From Candidatus Latescibacterota bacterium (GTDB taxonomy: Bacteria; Latescibacterota; UBA2968; GCA-2709665): a stretch of 64,000 nucleotides of DNA. Position 1 is the stretch's first letter, and each line of letters opens with the position of its first letter. The position numbers and the translations under genes are program-made. The stretch lies in the NCBI GenBank assembly GCA_963662665.2, contig CAXXJS010000061.1, positions 160,001-224,000 of the forward strand. The letters run 5' to 3'. Below the pieces are notes generated by a model. That model was not told the origin of the DNA, searched no databases, and saw nothing but the letters and a program-made list of their open reading frames with translations. Positions 1-10,264 of this stretch are shown here, piece after piece.

Positions 1-183
1 TCATAAGGCGCTTAATAACAGGTAATTTTACAGATCGATTGCCGGATCCGGGATGCAAAAATGGGGGAGGGGGGACTTGATTTTGCGGCACTTCGCGACC
101 ATATTCCTTCTATAGTTTCCATTCTTCGTAACAGCGGAAGGGATTAGTCCGCCGAATCGACTGAGTAATCAGGTCACGACGTT

Positions 184-708
184 ATGCCAGCAAATGAGAT
201 TGCCTTGAAATGGGCGCCACGCGTGAAACGGGCTTGAATCCGGCGTCTCTACCGCTTCGCCGGCATGGGCATCTTCGATAAAGAACCGCTCGATGACGTG
301 GGGACGTCGCTTTATGCCCGTAGTTTGGATATTGCGACTGTCGCCGACGCATTTTAGCATGGACGGGTGGCGTGTCCCCAATGCCGGATACTGGTGCAGT
401 GCCGAATAGATCCCCTCTACGGCCTGGGTTGGCACGGCGAACGTGGACGCTGGTTTCACTGTCCGCCCTGCTCAAGTCGCCTCTTGTGGACGCAGTGCCG
501 GAAGGTGCTCCGCGAACTGCCCCGCTGTTTTGACTGCGGCGCTATACTGCGCGGGCAGAATCCGCTCCGGTGCAACTTCGGAAAGGAATGGGATCCCAGA
601 GCGTACCACCGTTCCGTCGGATCGCGCGTCCGGCTTCCTTGCCCGCCTCGGCGCCGCAGGCCACACCACACGTCCGCCCCTACGAAGGGCCGGACGTGTG
701 TAATCTGA
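184..708 (+). pseudogene. Pseudogene of an uncharacterised Cys-rich (zinc-ribbon) protein
   Basis: One frame from ATG184 reads MPANEIALKWAPRVKRA*IRRLYRFAGMGIFD...ADAF*HGRVACPQC... with in-frame stops TGA235 and TAG355. It continues into ORF 367..708, which has several CxxC motifs. Confidence 0.65.
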
Positions 709-767
709 TATCGTCTGGCCTTATCGGTAACCGGTTTTGGCTGGAGGCTGCTTCTCCGATCCGGATC

Positions 768-920
768 TACCCCCTTCCCCCTTCTTCCTGAAGGAAGGGG
801 AGAACTGTCATCGCTCGATGTACGCCTGACTCTGCTCCCCCTCTCCCTTTGGGAGAGGGGGTTGGGGGGTGAGGGTCTCCCCCTTTCCCTCCGGGAGAGG
901 GGGCCGGGGGGAGAGGTCCG
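768..920. repeat. REP-like GC-rich palindromic repeats
   Basis: Tandem hairpins of the form CCCCCTCTCCC-N-GGGAGAGGGGG; related copies at 12266-12331 and, inverted, at 22228-22387. Confidence 0.8.
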
Positions 921-1124
921 CGCACCTTCCGAACCTGCCGCCTCACGGCGCTGACGTCAACTGATCGGCTCTTGATTCAAGCTGACCGCTGACGACGGAA
1001 AGCCGACAGCTGTTTCTCGATGAATTGGCGTCGCAGGTCCTCGCTCACGGGAATCCGGACAGAAGGCTGGCAACGTGATTCGCGAAGTATATCGCAGGGA
1101 CGAACTGGCCGAATGGGAGTATCG

Positions 1125-1598
1125 ATGATCAAAAGACCGGTTGTACGAGCGGTGATGATAACGCCGGACCGTCATGTACTGCTGATGAGGGTCCAGGAAC
1201 CTGTATTGGGAAATGAGTTCTGGGTAACTCCCGGTGGAGGTCTGGAGCCCGGTGAGTCTGATGAGGATGCGCTTCGTAGGGAGGTCGCGGAGGAGACTGG
1301 CGCCACGGAGATCTCTCCAGGGCGACTTGCATGGACCAGACAGTGCGATTTCACGTGGGACAACCGCGACTACAGCCAGAGGGAGAACTTCTATCAGGTT
1401 CAGACCGCCCGTTTTGAACCCGTCATGGACGGGAATCCCGCGCAAGGCGAAGCATCGGCCTTCCGCGAGTTTCGATGGTGGTCAATCGAAGACATCGGCA
1501 GGTCTGAAGAGACGTTTTCGCCCCGCGATCTTCATCGCCTCCTGGAGAGTTTAGCCAGGAACGGACCGCCGGAGAGATCGACTGACGTTAGGGTATGA
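1125..1598 (+). CDS. NUDIX hydrolase
   Basis: Nudix box GGGLEPGESDEDALRREVAEETG; start chosen at ATG1125. Confidence 0.9.
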   Translation: MIKRPVVRAVMITPDRHVLLMRVQEPVLGNEFWVTPGGGLEPGESDEDALRREVAEETGATEISPGRLAWTRQCDFTWDNRDYSQRENFYQVQTARFEPVMDGNPAQGEASAFREFRWWSIEDIGRSEETFSPRDLHRLLESLARNGPPERSTDVRV

Positions 1599-1671
1599 TT
1601 GAGAGACGGAAGCCGAACCCCAATCTGGGGCAGGGTTGAAAGAATCCGGATCGCATTCGGCGGTTTTTTCA

Positions 1672-1705
1672 TTGTCGGAGGTTAACGAATATGTTATCTT
1701 CCTGA
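1672..1705 (+). promoter_or_regulatory. Putative TA promoter and operator
   Basis: TTGTCG and TATCTT boxes with a TAAC-N6-GTTA palindrome between them; ATG1706 lies just after the -10 box. Confidence 0.4.
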
Positions 1706-2068
1706 ATGGCCATGCGTGTTGAATTCTATCGCACAGCGGATGGGAAATGTCCGGTTGAGAGTTTTCTCGGCAGGTTGGCTCCCAAAGATGCGCAGAAGGT
1801 CTTGTGGTTATTTAGACTCATGGAGCTGATAGACCGGATTCCGCCGCATTTCCCAAAGAAGCTTGTTGGAACATCGGACATTTGGGAATGCAGGATTCCA
1901 ACCCAGACCGGTACCTTTCGGATATTTGGTTTTTTCACATCCGGCAACAGGCTGACTCTCACCCACGGATATTTGAAGAAGACACCGAAAACCAATCCGC
2001 GGGAGATCAGAAGAGCTGAAGCGTACAGGCGAGATTATCTGAATCGTCACAGGGGGCGTGTATCATGA
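1706..2068 (+). CDS. Type II toxin, RelE/ParE superfamily (Gp49/DUF891-like)
   Basis: Motifs FYRTADGKCPVESFL, IWECRI and LTHGYLKKTPKT; ATGA overlap with the next HTH gene. Confidence 0.88.
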   Translation: MAMRVEFYRTADGKCPVESFLGRLAPKDAQKVLWLFRLMELIDRIPPHFPKKLVGTSDIWECRIPTQTGTFRIFGFFTSGNRLTLTHGYLKKTPKTNPREIRRAEAYRRDYLNRHRGRVS

Positions 2069-2340
2069 GCGATGTAGAAAGATATATTGCGAGTCGGAAA
2101 GCGTCCGATCCTGAATTTGCAGAGGGTTTTGAGGAAGGGTACAAGGAGTTCGAATTCGGCGTTTTGCTGCGGCAAGCTCGAGAGGAGGCCGGCTTGACGC
2201 AGGAGCAGCTCGCCAGGTTGATGCATACTAAGAAAACGGCGATTTCCCGCCTGGAGAACCGCGCTGGAGACATCCGGCTGTCGACGCTGAGAAAAGCGGC
2301 CAGGGCATTGGGTAAAGAACTTGAAGTGAAGCTGAAGTAA
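2065..2340 (+). CDS. XRE-HTH antitoxin
   Basis: HTH LRQAREEAGLTQEQLARLMHTKKTAISRLE; coupled to the toxin gene. Confidence 0.9.
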   Translation: MSDVERYIASRKASDPEFAEGFEEGYKEFEFGVLLRQAREEAGLTQEQLARLMHTKKTAISRLENRAGDIRLSTLRKAARALGKELEVKLK

Positions 2341-2971
2341 TTCCTGGTCTTTGAACAAGCTGTCAGCATTCAGCTTTCAGCCGTCAGACCACCCATCCCA
2401 CAACCAGCCGGGGGTCCCGCGGAAGAGGGAGACCGCTGAACGCTTGAAGATTCACACGTCTGGCAACGCGACAATTCCCTCGCATTACGGTACCCGAAGG
2501 GCATGTTGACTAATCCGAAAATTGCTGCGTCCGACACAGGTACACCTCCCCGCAATCCTGCCCCGAGTCAACAATTAACGACCGCTCCCGGATCAGGACG
2601 CTTCCGCCTCTTCGCCCCCACATGAACCACAAACCCGTGATGTCTCACATATCTGGAGAAACGGCGAAGTACCGCCTTAAATTGCGGCATTGCCCCATTC
2701 CCCAACACCAACCCGGCAAGTCACGAACGCATTGAAGACTCTCCATTTCCGACGAAGAGCCCTATATCAAGTTGCGCCTAAAGGGATAACATCCTGTTAT
2801 CCCAGTCCTGGACAGGAACCGATCAATATGTCTTCCGGTTTTTTTCCGGGGCGGGCTAACGCCTGACGTTGTTGCCTGCCAGGATGACAAAACGGCCGCA
2901 CATGTGAGCCTGCGAAAGCGCCCGCAACAAGCGATGTCAAACCTCTTGTTCTCGTTCGAGGGATATTGCCA

Positions 2972-3775
2972 ATGGGTCCACGTCCGCACAGTGTAGAGTG
3001 GTACAGGAGACTCGCGAGATCTCAGCAGGGCTATCCTTCCACATCACAAGACGTGGAGGTTGGAGCGTACGGTGGGGAAGTCTTCTACCTGGATTTTGTG
3101 AAGGCGCATATGCGCCCTGACGAGGACGTGATGGACGTCGGCTGCGGACATGGTGAAGACGCACTTCGGCTCGCGCAGCTCTGTCGAAACTTTCTGGGGT
3201 ACGATCCGGCTCCCTCATTTATCGAACTTGCGCGGGAGAATGCCCGGGCCGCCGGGCTGGAAAATGTCACGTTCCTCGTACACGATTCAAGCGCGAAGGC
3301 AAATCAGGGAAGGGTGAGAATACCGGTCGGGGACGAGTCTCTTGACTTGATCATCTCTCGGCGGGGGCCTGTACACTGGATCGCAGACGCGAAACGGGTT
3401 GTAAGAAGCGGAGGCGTTCTTATTCAGCTCTGCATGTCGGGTCGACTTCCCGTTCCCGAATGGAATGTTGAGCTGCCGGAACCCTTCGATCGTGAAAACC
3501 ACCACCTTCCGGACATGATGCTGGATACGGTTAAGGGGGCCTTGGCGGATGCAGGGATTGAACTGCACAGTTTTTGGACTTTCGACGTGCCTGCCCTGCT
3601 GGACGGCCCCGGAAGGTTATACAAGGCGCTTGCTTTCGGACGGCCCCCAGCTGATATTCCGTCCTATTCCGAAGTGGAAGAAGCTCTGAAGGCCATTTTC
3701 TTCCGCCACAGAAAACATGGAAAGCTTGATATTCGGCAGCGTCGGCTGCTTTGGAAAGCAGTCATTGACAAATAG
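2972..3775 (+). CDS. Class I SAM-dependent methyltransferase
   Basis: Motif I VMDVGCGHG; LDLIISRRGP. Confidence 0.85.
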   Translation: MGPRPHSVEWYRRLARSQQGYPSTSQDVEVGAYGGEVFYLDFVKAHMRPDEDVMDVGCGHGEDALRLAQLCRNFLGYDPAPSFIELARENARAAGLENVTFLVHDSSAKANQGRVRIPVGDESLDLIISRRGPVHWIADAKRVVRSGGVLIQLCMSGRLPVPEWNVELPEPFDRENHHLPDMMLDTVKGALADAGIELHSFWTFDVPALLDGPGRLYKALAFGRPPADIPSYSEVEEALKAIFFRHRKHGKLDIRQRRLLWKAVIDK

Positions 3776-3918
3776 GAACGCCTGAATCGAACAAACCCGC
3801 GCATGTAGTTCGGGCTGAGTCGCTTACCCCAACCGCTTCACGGTTGCACCGCCTGCGCGTCTCCGCGCCTGGAAAGCGTAGTGGGACAGCAGACAAGAGA
3901 GTTACGGGACGCCGGAAA

Positions 3919-4509
3919 ATGCAGACGCTTGTTCTTGTGAAACACGCGTTACCTGAGATCGATCCTGCCGTCCCCGCCAAGGACTGGCATCTTTCCGAGG
4001 AAGGCTGCGTCCGTTCACGGATACTCGGGGAGGAATTGGACCGGTATGATCTCGATCTGGTTATCAGCAGCATCGAACCCAAGGCCATGGAAACGGCTGA
4101 AATTGCGGCCGGCTTATTGAAGATTCCTATGAAGGTCGTCGAAGGGCTGCACGAACATGAGCGCGTCAATGTCGGATTCCTGGAGAAGGAGCGATTTGAG
4201 CAATCGATCAGGCGATTCTACGAGCAACCTGCCGGTCTGGTTTTCGGTGAGGAAACCGCGGATGGCGCGTATGTCAGGTTCTCGAAGGCCGTATCAGGTC
4301 TGACGACCCTACATCCACGCGAGAATATAGCCATCGTCACGCATGGGACAGTGCTGAGCCTATTTCTGAGCCGAAATTCAGTTTTGGAACCGTTTGCGTT
4401 GTGGAAAGAGCTGGGTCTGCCGTCCTGTGTCGTCATGTCCCGCCCAGGTTTTGACGTGGTCGAAATTAATCCTGACATCAGGGACGGCGCTTTTCCCGGC
4501 AGCGCATGA
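3919..4509 (+). CDS. Histidine phosphatase family protein
   Basis: LVLVKHA (variant of RHG), SSIEPKAMETA, IVTHG. Confidence 0.8.
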   Translation: MQTLVLVKHALPEIDPAVPAKDWHLSEEGCVRSRILGEELDRYDLDLVISSIEPKAMETAEIAAGLLKIPMKVVEGLHEHERVNVGFLEKERFEQSIRRFYEQPAGLVFGEETADGAYVRFSKAVSGLTTLHPRENIAIVTHGTVLSLFLSRNSVLEPFALWKELGLPSCVVMSRPGFDVVEINPDIRDGAFPGSA

Positions 4510-4593
4510 CGGATCGGCGATAATGAGATCGCACGAGGGAGCGATTCTGGTGTGCCACGCCGCCTGTCGATGGGTTGGCCCAGGAGTCTTGCC

Positions 4594-4698
4594 GTGGATG
4601 GATTGAGCATTCGCCAGGCGTGCGAGGGGGACAGCGACTTCGTATTCGCCGTGAAAGAGGCGGCGTTCCGTGAATACGCCGAACAGGTCTGGGGCTGG
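4594..4698 (+). pseudogene. 5' fragment of a GNAT acetyltransferase
   Basis: RBS AGGAG, then DGLSIRQACEGDSDFVFAVKEAAFREYAEQVWGW, then an abrupt switch to HigB sequence. Confidence 0.6.
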
Positions 4699-4873
4699 CG
4701 CGGCATTGCGCCACACCTTTCCATTGGCCGATAGGGTCGGCGAATTCGTCGTGTTCAACATCGCCGGTAACAAGTACCGTCTGATTGCATCCGTTCACTT
4801 CAATCGGGGCAAAGTATACGTCCGTGATGTGCTTACGCACCAGGCCTGTGACCGTTGAGGATGGAGGACATGA
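4699..4873 (+). pseudogene. higB: 3' half of a HigB toxin
   Basis: ALRHTFPLADRVGEFVVFNIAGNKYRLIASVHFNRGKVYVRDVLTH..DR*GWRT*; N-terminus missing and a premature TGA at 4856. Confidence 0.8.
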
Positions 4874-5268
4874 GCGTTATTACACCACAGCTTCAGCGAT
4901 CCTGGTCGCAAGTGAGCGCGCTACTCAAGATCCGGACCGAGCGGGAATACGATCTGGCGTTGCAGCGGCTCAACAGCCTGATCGATGAAGTGGGCACTGA
5001 TGAGCGACATCCGCTTTATTCTCTGCTCGATACGCTGGGCGCCGTTGTCCACGCCCGGGAAGAACAACACTGTTCCATGCCCAGCCTGGAGGGTGCAGAT
5101 CCACTCCGACTCCTCATGGAGGAGCATGAATTGACTCAGTCGGATTTTCCGGAGGTAGGTTCGCAAGGGGTGATTTCGGAGATTCTGAGCGGCAAACGAG
5201 AGCTGAACATCCGACAGATTCGTGCTTTGTCCAGGCGATTTGGCGTTTCGCCCTCAGTATTCATTTAG
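4870..5268 (+). CDS. higA: HigA-type HTH antitoxin
   Basis: IRTEREYDLAL and GSQGVISEILSGKRELNIRQIRALSRRF; ATGA overlap with the original higB stop. Confidence 0.85.
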   Translation: MSVITPQLQRSWSQVSALLKIRTEREYDLALQRLNSLIDEVGTDERHPLYSLLDTLGAVVHAREEQHCSMPSLEGADPLRLLMEEHELTQSDFPEVGSQGVISEILSGKRELNIRQIRALSRRFGVSPSVFI

Positions 5269-5332
5269 GCAAGGGGATTAGCAGCCCGTCATTCGACTGA
5301 CGACAGCTGATACAAAGCCACGTATCCGCACT

Positions 5333-6073
5333 ATGAAATTCGACCAACTCACCTCATCCGTCAGGGAGGTCTGCCAGGCCTTCGTCAAGGGTCTTGGGGA
5401 CATTCTCGATGCGAACCTGCACGGCGTCTACATGTACGGCGCATCCGTATTTCCGGATTCCGGACCGATACAGGACATAGACTGTCACGTGATCCTCGCA
5501 GGTCCGTTGGGCAACCGAAACAAAGACACGATTCTTCGATTGCACAGGGATCTTGCGGAGCGTTTTCCACCTCTGGGTGGAGAATTGGATGCCTATTTCA
5601 TCCTGTACGAGGATGCCATCAATACTCACCCACCCGCGCACCAACTTCAGCCCGCAATACGTGACGAGGCCTGGGCTCTGCATTGCGCCCACATCAGGGC
5701 CGGGCGTTACATTACGCTCTGCGGGCCGTCCCCGAAGTGCATCTTCCCGGCGCCGTCGTGGGATGACATCTCGACAGCTCTTGAGCAAGAGGTTTCGTTC
5801 ATCGAGCAGAACCTGCAATATCCCGACTACTGTGTCCTCAATATGTGCCGGATCATACGTACCGTAGACGAGAGAAACCCCGCGGTGTCGAAGTTTTCCA
5901 GCGGCATATGGGCTTCTGGTCGGTTTCCCGAATGGAAACCAATGATCGACGCGGCGGCCGCTTCCTACCTGGGAAGGTTGACGCCGGATCAAGCTGGATT
6001 TCTAGAAGCCGGGGTGGAATCTTTCATCGGGTTCGGTACCGGACTGATCCGCGAACAGCCCGAACACGGCTGA
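5333..6073 (+). CDS. Aminoglycoside adenylyltransferase-like nucleotidyltransferase (DUF4111-like)
   Basis: GVYMYGAS...DID motif, YCVLNMCR and SK motif. Confidence 0.75.
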   Translation: MKFDQLTSSVREVCQAFVKGLGDILDANLHGVYMYGASVFPDSGPIQDIDCHVILAGPLGNRNKDTILRLHRDLAERFPPLGGELDAYFILYEDAINTHPPAHQLQPAIRDEAWALHCAHIRAGRYITLCGPSPKCIFPAPSWDDISTALEQEVSFIEQNLQYPDYCVLNMCRIIRTVDERNPAVSKFSSGIWASGRFPEWKPMIDAAAASYLGRLTPDQAGFLEAGVESFIGFGTGLIREQPEHG

Positions 6074-6159
6074 TTTTGCGGCCGTCCAGTCTGCGCCACG
6101 CGGGTCGTTATTGAAGGCTCGAGGTTCGCTCAGTACGTTCGCGGCGACGGATCAGCGTC

Positions 6160-6188
6160 GGTACCGCAAACTGCCAGTTTGCGGTACC
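6160..6188. repeat. Perfect REP-like hairpin
   Basis: GGTACCGCAAACT-GCC-AGTTTGCGGTACC, 13-bp stem. Confidence 0.7.
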
Positions 6189-6252
6189 TGATCAAGCACA
6201 TCCAGCGCTGATTCAGTCCTCGTGGCCTTTTGCAGCGTAGAGACGAGATGAT

Positions 6253-7278
6253 ATGACATCGAGTCCGAGCGATACGCTTCCCGACCCCGATTGGCTCAAA
6301 CGGAAGTACGGGATTCTCTGGGATTGACAGTATCGCGACATGAGCGGCAAGATCGCCAATGTTGTCAGGATATCGTGCGGGAACACCGGGAATTAGTACG
6401 TCCTGCGGGTTTCCGATCCCGGGCGGAACTCAGAGGGCTCATTGTCGTCTGTCAGCCGTCTATCGCAAGTGCACCGATTCCAGACGCACCTGAATGATCG
6501 TGGCGTACGAACCGTCCTGCCGTTCAGGTCGCTTGACGGGAAGACGTTCCTGATAACGGAAGCGGGGACGACGGTAGAGGTTTTCCCGTATGTCGAGGGA
6601 AGGCCGCCGAAGAAGGGGCATGTGTCGGACGTTCGTCTGACGGGGGCTGAAATCGCCCGTCTTCACGGTGCAGGCGTCGGATATCCGGACCTGCCGGACG
6701 AAGGACGTCTATCCATGAATCATCTCGCTGTCGACAGGTTGCAGGCGAACGTACGGAAGATGCGGGAGTCAACCAGGGGAAAGGCATTTCACGATCAGTT
6801 TATCAGGTACGTGGCAGAGACGGAACGCTGCGTCGAAGAGATCGACAGGCTTCGTCCGTGCCTGGTCGAAACCGGTCTGCACCTGGATACCAGTCCGCAG
6901 AATATGATCATCGATCACAAGAGCAACCTCTGGTTCATTGACTGCAACCATGCGTCAAGAGGTCGGCGGGTGTTCGAAGTCTGTGTTTCGACGTACTACC
7001 TGGCTCCTCATTCCGATTCGCCATGGGGCGAGTCGACGCGATATCAACTTGTGGACGAAACCGTGGAAGCCGCATTCCTTGAATCCTACCGGGACGTCTG
7101 CGAACCTGCCTGGCGAGAGGAGGAGTCGACGGCCCTGGCGATCGAACGGATGCTGATGTTCATTCACGGGGTCACCTGCTGGACGACGATGGGGGATGAT
7201 GACGAGGTGCGGGATGAATTGGACCGATGGAACGCGTGTTACGCCACCTTGAAAACCGGACTTGACAAAGCTGTGTAA
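6253..7278 (+). pseudogene. APH/homoserine-kinase-II-like phosphotransferase with 5' nonsense codons
   Basis: The frame from ATG6253 has stops TGA6325 and TAG6394 flanking the N-lobe strands (NVVRI, YVLR). It continues into ORF 6442..7278 with HLDTSPQN and FID motifs. Confidence 0.7.
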
Positions 7279-7472
7279 TGCGGGTGCGGTTGGCTCAGAC
7301 ACTCCCGTTGACGACGCCCGCCTGTTGACCTGCACGCATCGCGACACCGACCGGCGCGCCACCCTCTTCCAGAAATAGATCGAAGAAATTCCAGGGGTCG
7401 AAATCGTCCTTGACAGCGAAATTGTATTCGACGATGTTTATAGCAAAGATGATATAATCATTGGAGGTATTC

Positions 7473-7724
7473 GTGCCGTTCGATTGGTTGCAAATCAGGC
7501 AGTTTCGAAAAACCGTGGGGATAACCCAGCAGAACCTGGGAGACATTCTGGATGTTCCGCAGTCCACGGTCGCCCGTTGGGAGACCGGCAGGATTTCGCC
7601 CAACGCGGAACATATCGGTCTCCTATGCGACCTTGGGAGAGTTCAGTCCATCGGACCGGACTTCTTCTTTCCAGCTTATTCCAGGCTTGAGCTGCCAGGC
7701 AATCTATCAGAAAGAGGAGGATGA
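7473..7724 (+). CDS. XRE-family HTH regulator
   Basis: GGAGG then GTG7473; GITQQNLGDILDVPQSTVARWETG. Confidence 0.85.
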   Translation: MPFDWLQIRQFRKTVGITQQNLGDILDVPQSTVARWETGRISPNAEHIGLLCDLGRVQSIGPDFFFPAYSRLELPGNLSERGG

Positions 7725-7728
7725 ACTT

Positions 7729-8064
7729 ATGACGCCCGCTACGTTTACCGATGCGACCTTCGAAACGGAAGTTATTTCTTCAGACCGGCCCGTCCTCGTC
7801 GATATTGGCGCCAACTGGTGCGGCCCCTGCCGGCTTATCGATCCGATCGTGAAGGACCTCGCCGCGGAATATGCCGGGCGTCTGAAAGTCGGAAAGATGG
7901 ATTTCGACACCTCCCATACATCGGCGGTCCGGTACGGCATTCAAAGCCTGCCAACCCTTCTGCTCTTCAAGAGTGGACACGTAATGGACCGCCTCGTCGG
8001 CGCCGTCCCCAGGCAACGGATTGTGGATTCCATCGAGGAAGTCCTCAGGGGCCGAGGCGAATGA
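7729..8064 (+). CDS. trxA: Thioredoxin
   Basis: WCGPC active site; RBS GAGGAGG. Confidence 0.92.
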   Translation: MTPATFTDATFETEVISSDRPVLVDIGANWCGPCRLIDPIVKDLAAEYAGRLKVGKMDFDTSHTSAVRYGIQSLPTLLLFKSGHVMDRLVGAVPRQRIVDSIEEVLRGRGE

Positions 8065-8327
8065 ACGGGACTCCGCTGTGATCACATATGTAACGGATAC
8101 ATCGACGTGGGAAGACTGGCAGCGCGTCTACCGGCTCCTTCCTGTGCGACCGGTTGGACTATATGGTTCCCGACGGGAACTTCCAGTTCAACAGGCGGAT
8201 GACGTTCCCGCTTGGTGATTCGGTGTAAAAATCCTAACTTGCCACCGAGGGTGCGACTCTCGACGGCACGACAGGTGTTGCCCAACCTGATTTGTCAGAT
8301 TTTACCGGATCTGGCTTTTGAGTTTAT

Positions 8328-8353
8328 ATCCTGTCCGTCCTGTTCATCCATGT
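8328..8353. repeat. 9-nt periodic intergenic repeat (ATCCTGTCC...CATCCATGT)
   Basis: Related copy at 37520-37545; an analogous 9-nt periodic tract at 30134-30161. Confidence 0.6.
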
Positions 8354-8404
8354 AAGTTTTCGCTTTGTGAATAAACCGGTTTTACACTCAGCAAGGACAA
8401 GCTC

Positions 8405-9481
8405 GTGAAGATCGAGAACATCGAAGTCATCCAGATCGAGACGCCGCGCTTCTACGGGCAGATTTCCGGTCATGTGCTGATCCGGATGCACGTAGACGAC
8501 GGTCCCTTCGGCCTCGGCGAGGCGTCGGACAGCCGGTGCGCCGACGTGTCCGCCCTGGCGCGGCAACTCAACGAGCAGTTGAAGGGCCGCGACGCCCGCC
8601 GCATCGTTGAGATCAACGACTTCGCCCGCGCACGGAACTGGAACAGCACGGTCACAAACCAGCACGTGGCCAGTGCGATCGACCTCGCGCTCTACGACCT
8701 CAACGGCAAGGTCCAGGGGGTACCTGTCTACCAGATGCTCGGAGGCAAGGTGCGCGAAACGCTCTACTGCTGCTATCCGATTTTCGGATGGCAGGTGACG
8801 GAGGATTTCGAGCGCGCCGGATCCTACCTGCAGCGCCTGGTGGATCTCGGCCACCATCTGTTTCGCTACTACGTCTCCGGCGACGTGGACCTCGACGATC
8901 GCTTTCTGACGGAGATGAAGTCCAGGCACGGCGAACGTATCAGGCTCAAGTCCATCGACTTCTCGGGCCGCTTCCGCGACTGGCAGGAGGCGCTGCGCTA
9001 CGGCGACAGGCTGAGGCGCCACGACCCGTTTCACTTCGAGCAGCCGACGTATGAGATGCGGTCCAGTGCGCAGTTCACGCAGCGCGTCGACCTGCCGGTC
9101 ACCTGGCATATCGGCTCTCTGCAGCAGGCTTTGGAGGCGGCCGAGCGCGGCGCCTGCACGGCCTTCAACGTGGCCTGCGTGTCCGGCGGGCCGACTCACG
9201 TCAAGCGAATCCTGGCGGTGGGGGAGGCCGCCGGCATGCCCTGCCTGATCGGCACCGACCAGGAGTCCACACTGGGCATGAGCGCCCAGGTGGCGGTGGG
9301 CATCACGTCGCCACAGGTCCAATTGCCGTGCGATCCCATGGGACCGCTGCTCTACACGGCGTCGCCGGCCAGGGAGCGCGTACGTGCCGAAGGCAGCTAC
9401 CTGACCCCGCTCGAGGGCCCCGGTCTGGGCGTGGAACTGGATGAAGACAAACTTGCAGCACTAACCGTAGAGAGGGCTTGA
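8405..9481 (+). CDS. Mandelate racemase/muconate lactonizing enzyme family protein
   Basis: GLGE, SAIDLALYDLNGK, VPVYQMLGG, FEQP and GPGLGVELDE motifs. Confidence 0.88.
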   Translation: MKIENIEVIQIETPRFYGQISGHVLIRMHVDDGPFGLGEASDSRCADVSALARQLNEQLKGRDARRIVEINDFARARNWNSTVTNQHVASAIDLALYDLNGKVQGVPVYQMLGGKVRETLYCCYPIFGWQVTEDFERAGSYLQRLVDLGHHLFRYYVSGDVDLDDRFLTEMKSRHGERIRLKSIDFSGRFRDWQEALRYGDRLRRHDPFHFEQPTYEMRSSAQFTQRVDLPVTWHIGSLQQALEAAERGACTAFNVACVSGGPTHVKRILAVGEAAGMPCLIGTDQESTLGMSAQVAVGITSPQVQLPCDPMGPLLYTASPARERVRAEGSYLTPLEGPGLGVELDEDKLAALTVERA

Positions 9482-9484
9482 GCG

Positions 9485-10252
9485 ATGGAGGATCACCTGA
9501 AGATCAGCGAAGACCAGATCGCGCACTTTGAACGAAACGGGTTCTTCCTCATTCCGAACCCCCTTGGGGCGAAGGGTGTGCGGGAGGTCGACAACCGGCA
9601 GCAGGAAGTGGAACCGGAGTGGGCGCGCGCTGAGTTCCCCGCGGGGTGTAACCGGTTCGCATGCCTGTTTCTGATGCTCGGTGAACCTGTGCTGCAAATG
9701 GTGGAACGCCCCGATCTGATCAAAGCCGCACGGCGGATCCTGGGCGTTGAGAAAGTGCACGTGGGTGCGTGCGGTATCGGCGACGCCTCGAAAGTGCAAC
9801 GGGGCGGTCCCCGTCAGGTCGAGTGGCACGCGGACGGCAGTCCGGAAGTCCGGCAGGTGTCCTTCCGCACCGCCCTGGACCGTCACGACGCCAGCAACGG
9901 ACCGCTGCGGGTGCTGCCCGGCAGCCAGCACCGGCCGCCGGAGGAGGTCAAGGCGGAACTGCTGCAACTCGAACTGGCCACCGGGACCCACGACGAGATG
10001 CCCGCGCAGTTCTTCGCCCGCCATCCCCAGGAGGTGGAGGTCATCCTCGACCCACGGTGGACCCTGGTGTGGACGCCCTCCTGCTGGCACGCCACCGGGT
10101 TGAAGACGGCCGCCGGACCGCGGCGCGCCATGGGCTGGAACTACTACCCGGCGAGCGGCCGCAACCGCGATCTGGAGGCGCTCAAACACGTCCATCCCGA
10201 CTGGCCGGACTGGACGGAGACGCGCCAGCGTCTCTGGGGCCTCGTCGACTGA
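9485..10252 (+). CDS. Phytanoyl-CoA dioxygenase (PhyH) family protein
   Basis: FERNGF, WHAD, NGPLRVLPGSQ, WH. Confidence 0.85.
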   Translation: MEDHLKISEDQIAHFERNGFFLIPNPLGAKGVREVDNRQQEVEPEWARAEFPAGCNRFACLFLMLGEPVLQMVERPDLIKAARRILGVEKVHVGACGIGDASKVQRGGPRQVEWHADGSPEVRQVSFRTALDRHDASNGPLRVLPGSQHRPPEEVKAELLQLELATGTHDEMPAQFFARHPQEVEVILDPRWTLVWTPSCWHATGLKTAAGPRRAMGWNYYPASGRNRDLEALKHVHPDWPDWTETRQRLWGLVD

Positions 10253-10264
10253 CGGTCGTGCCCT

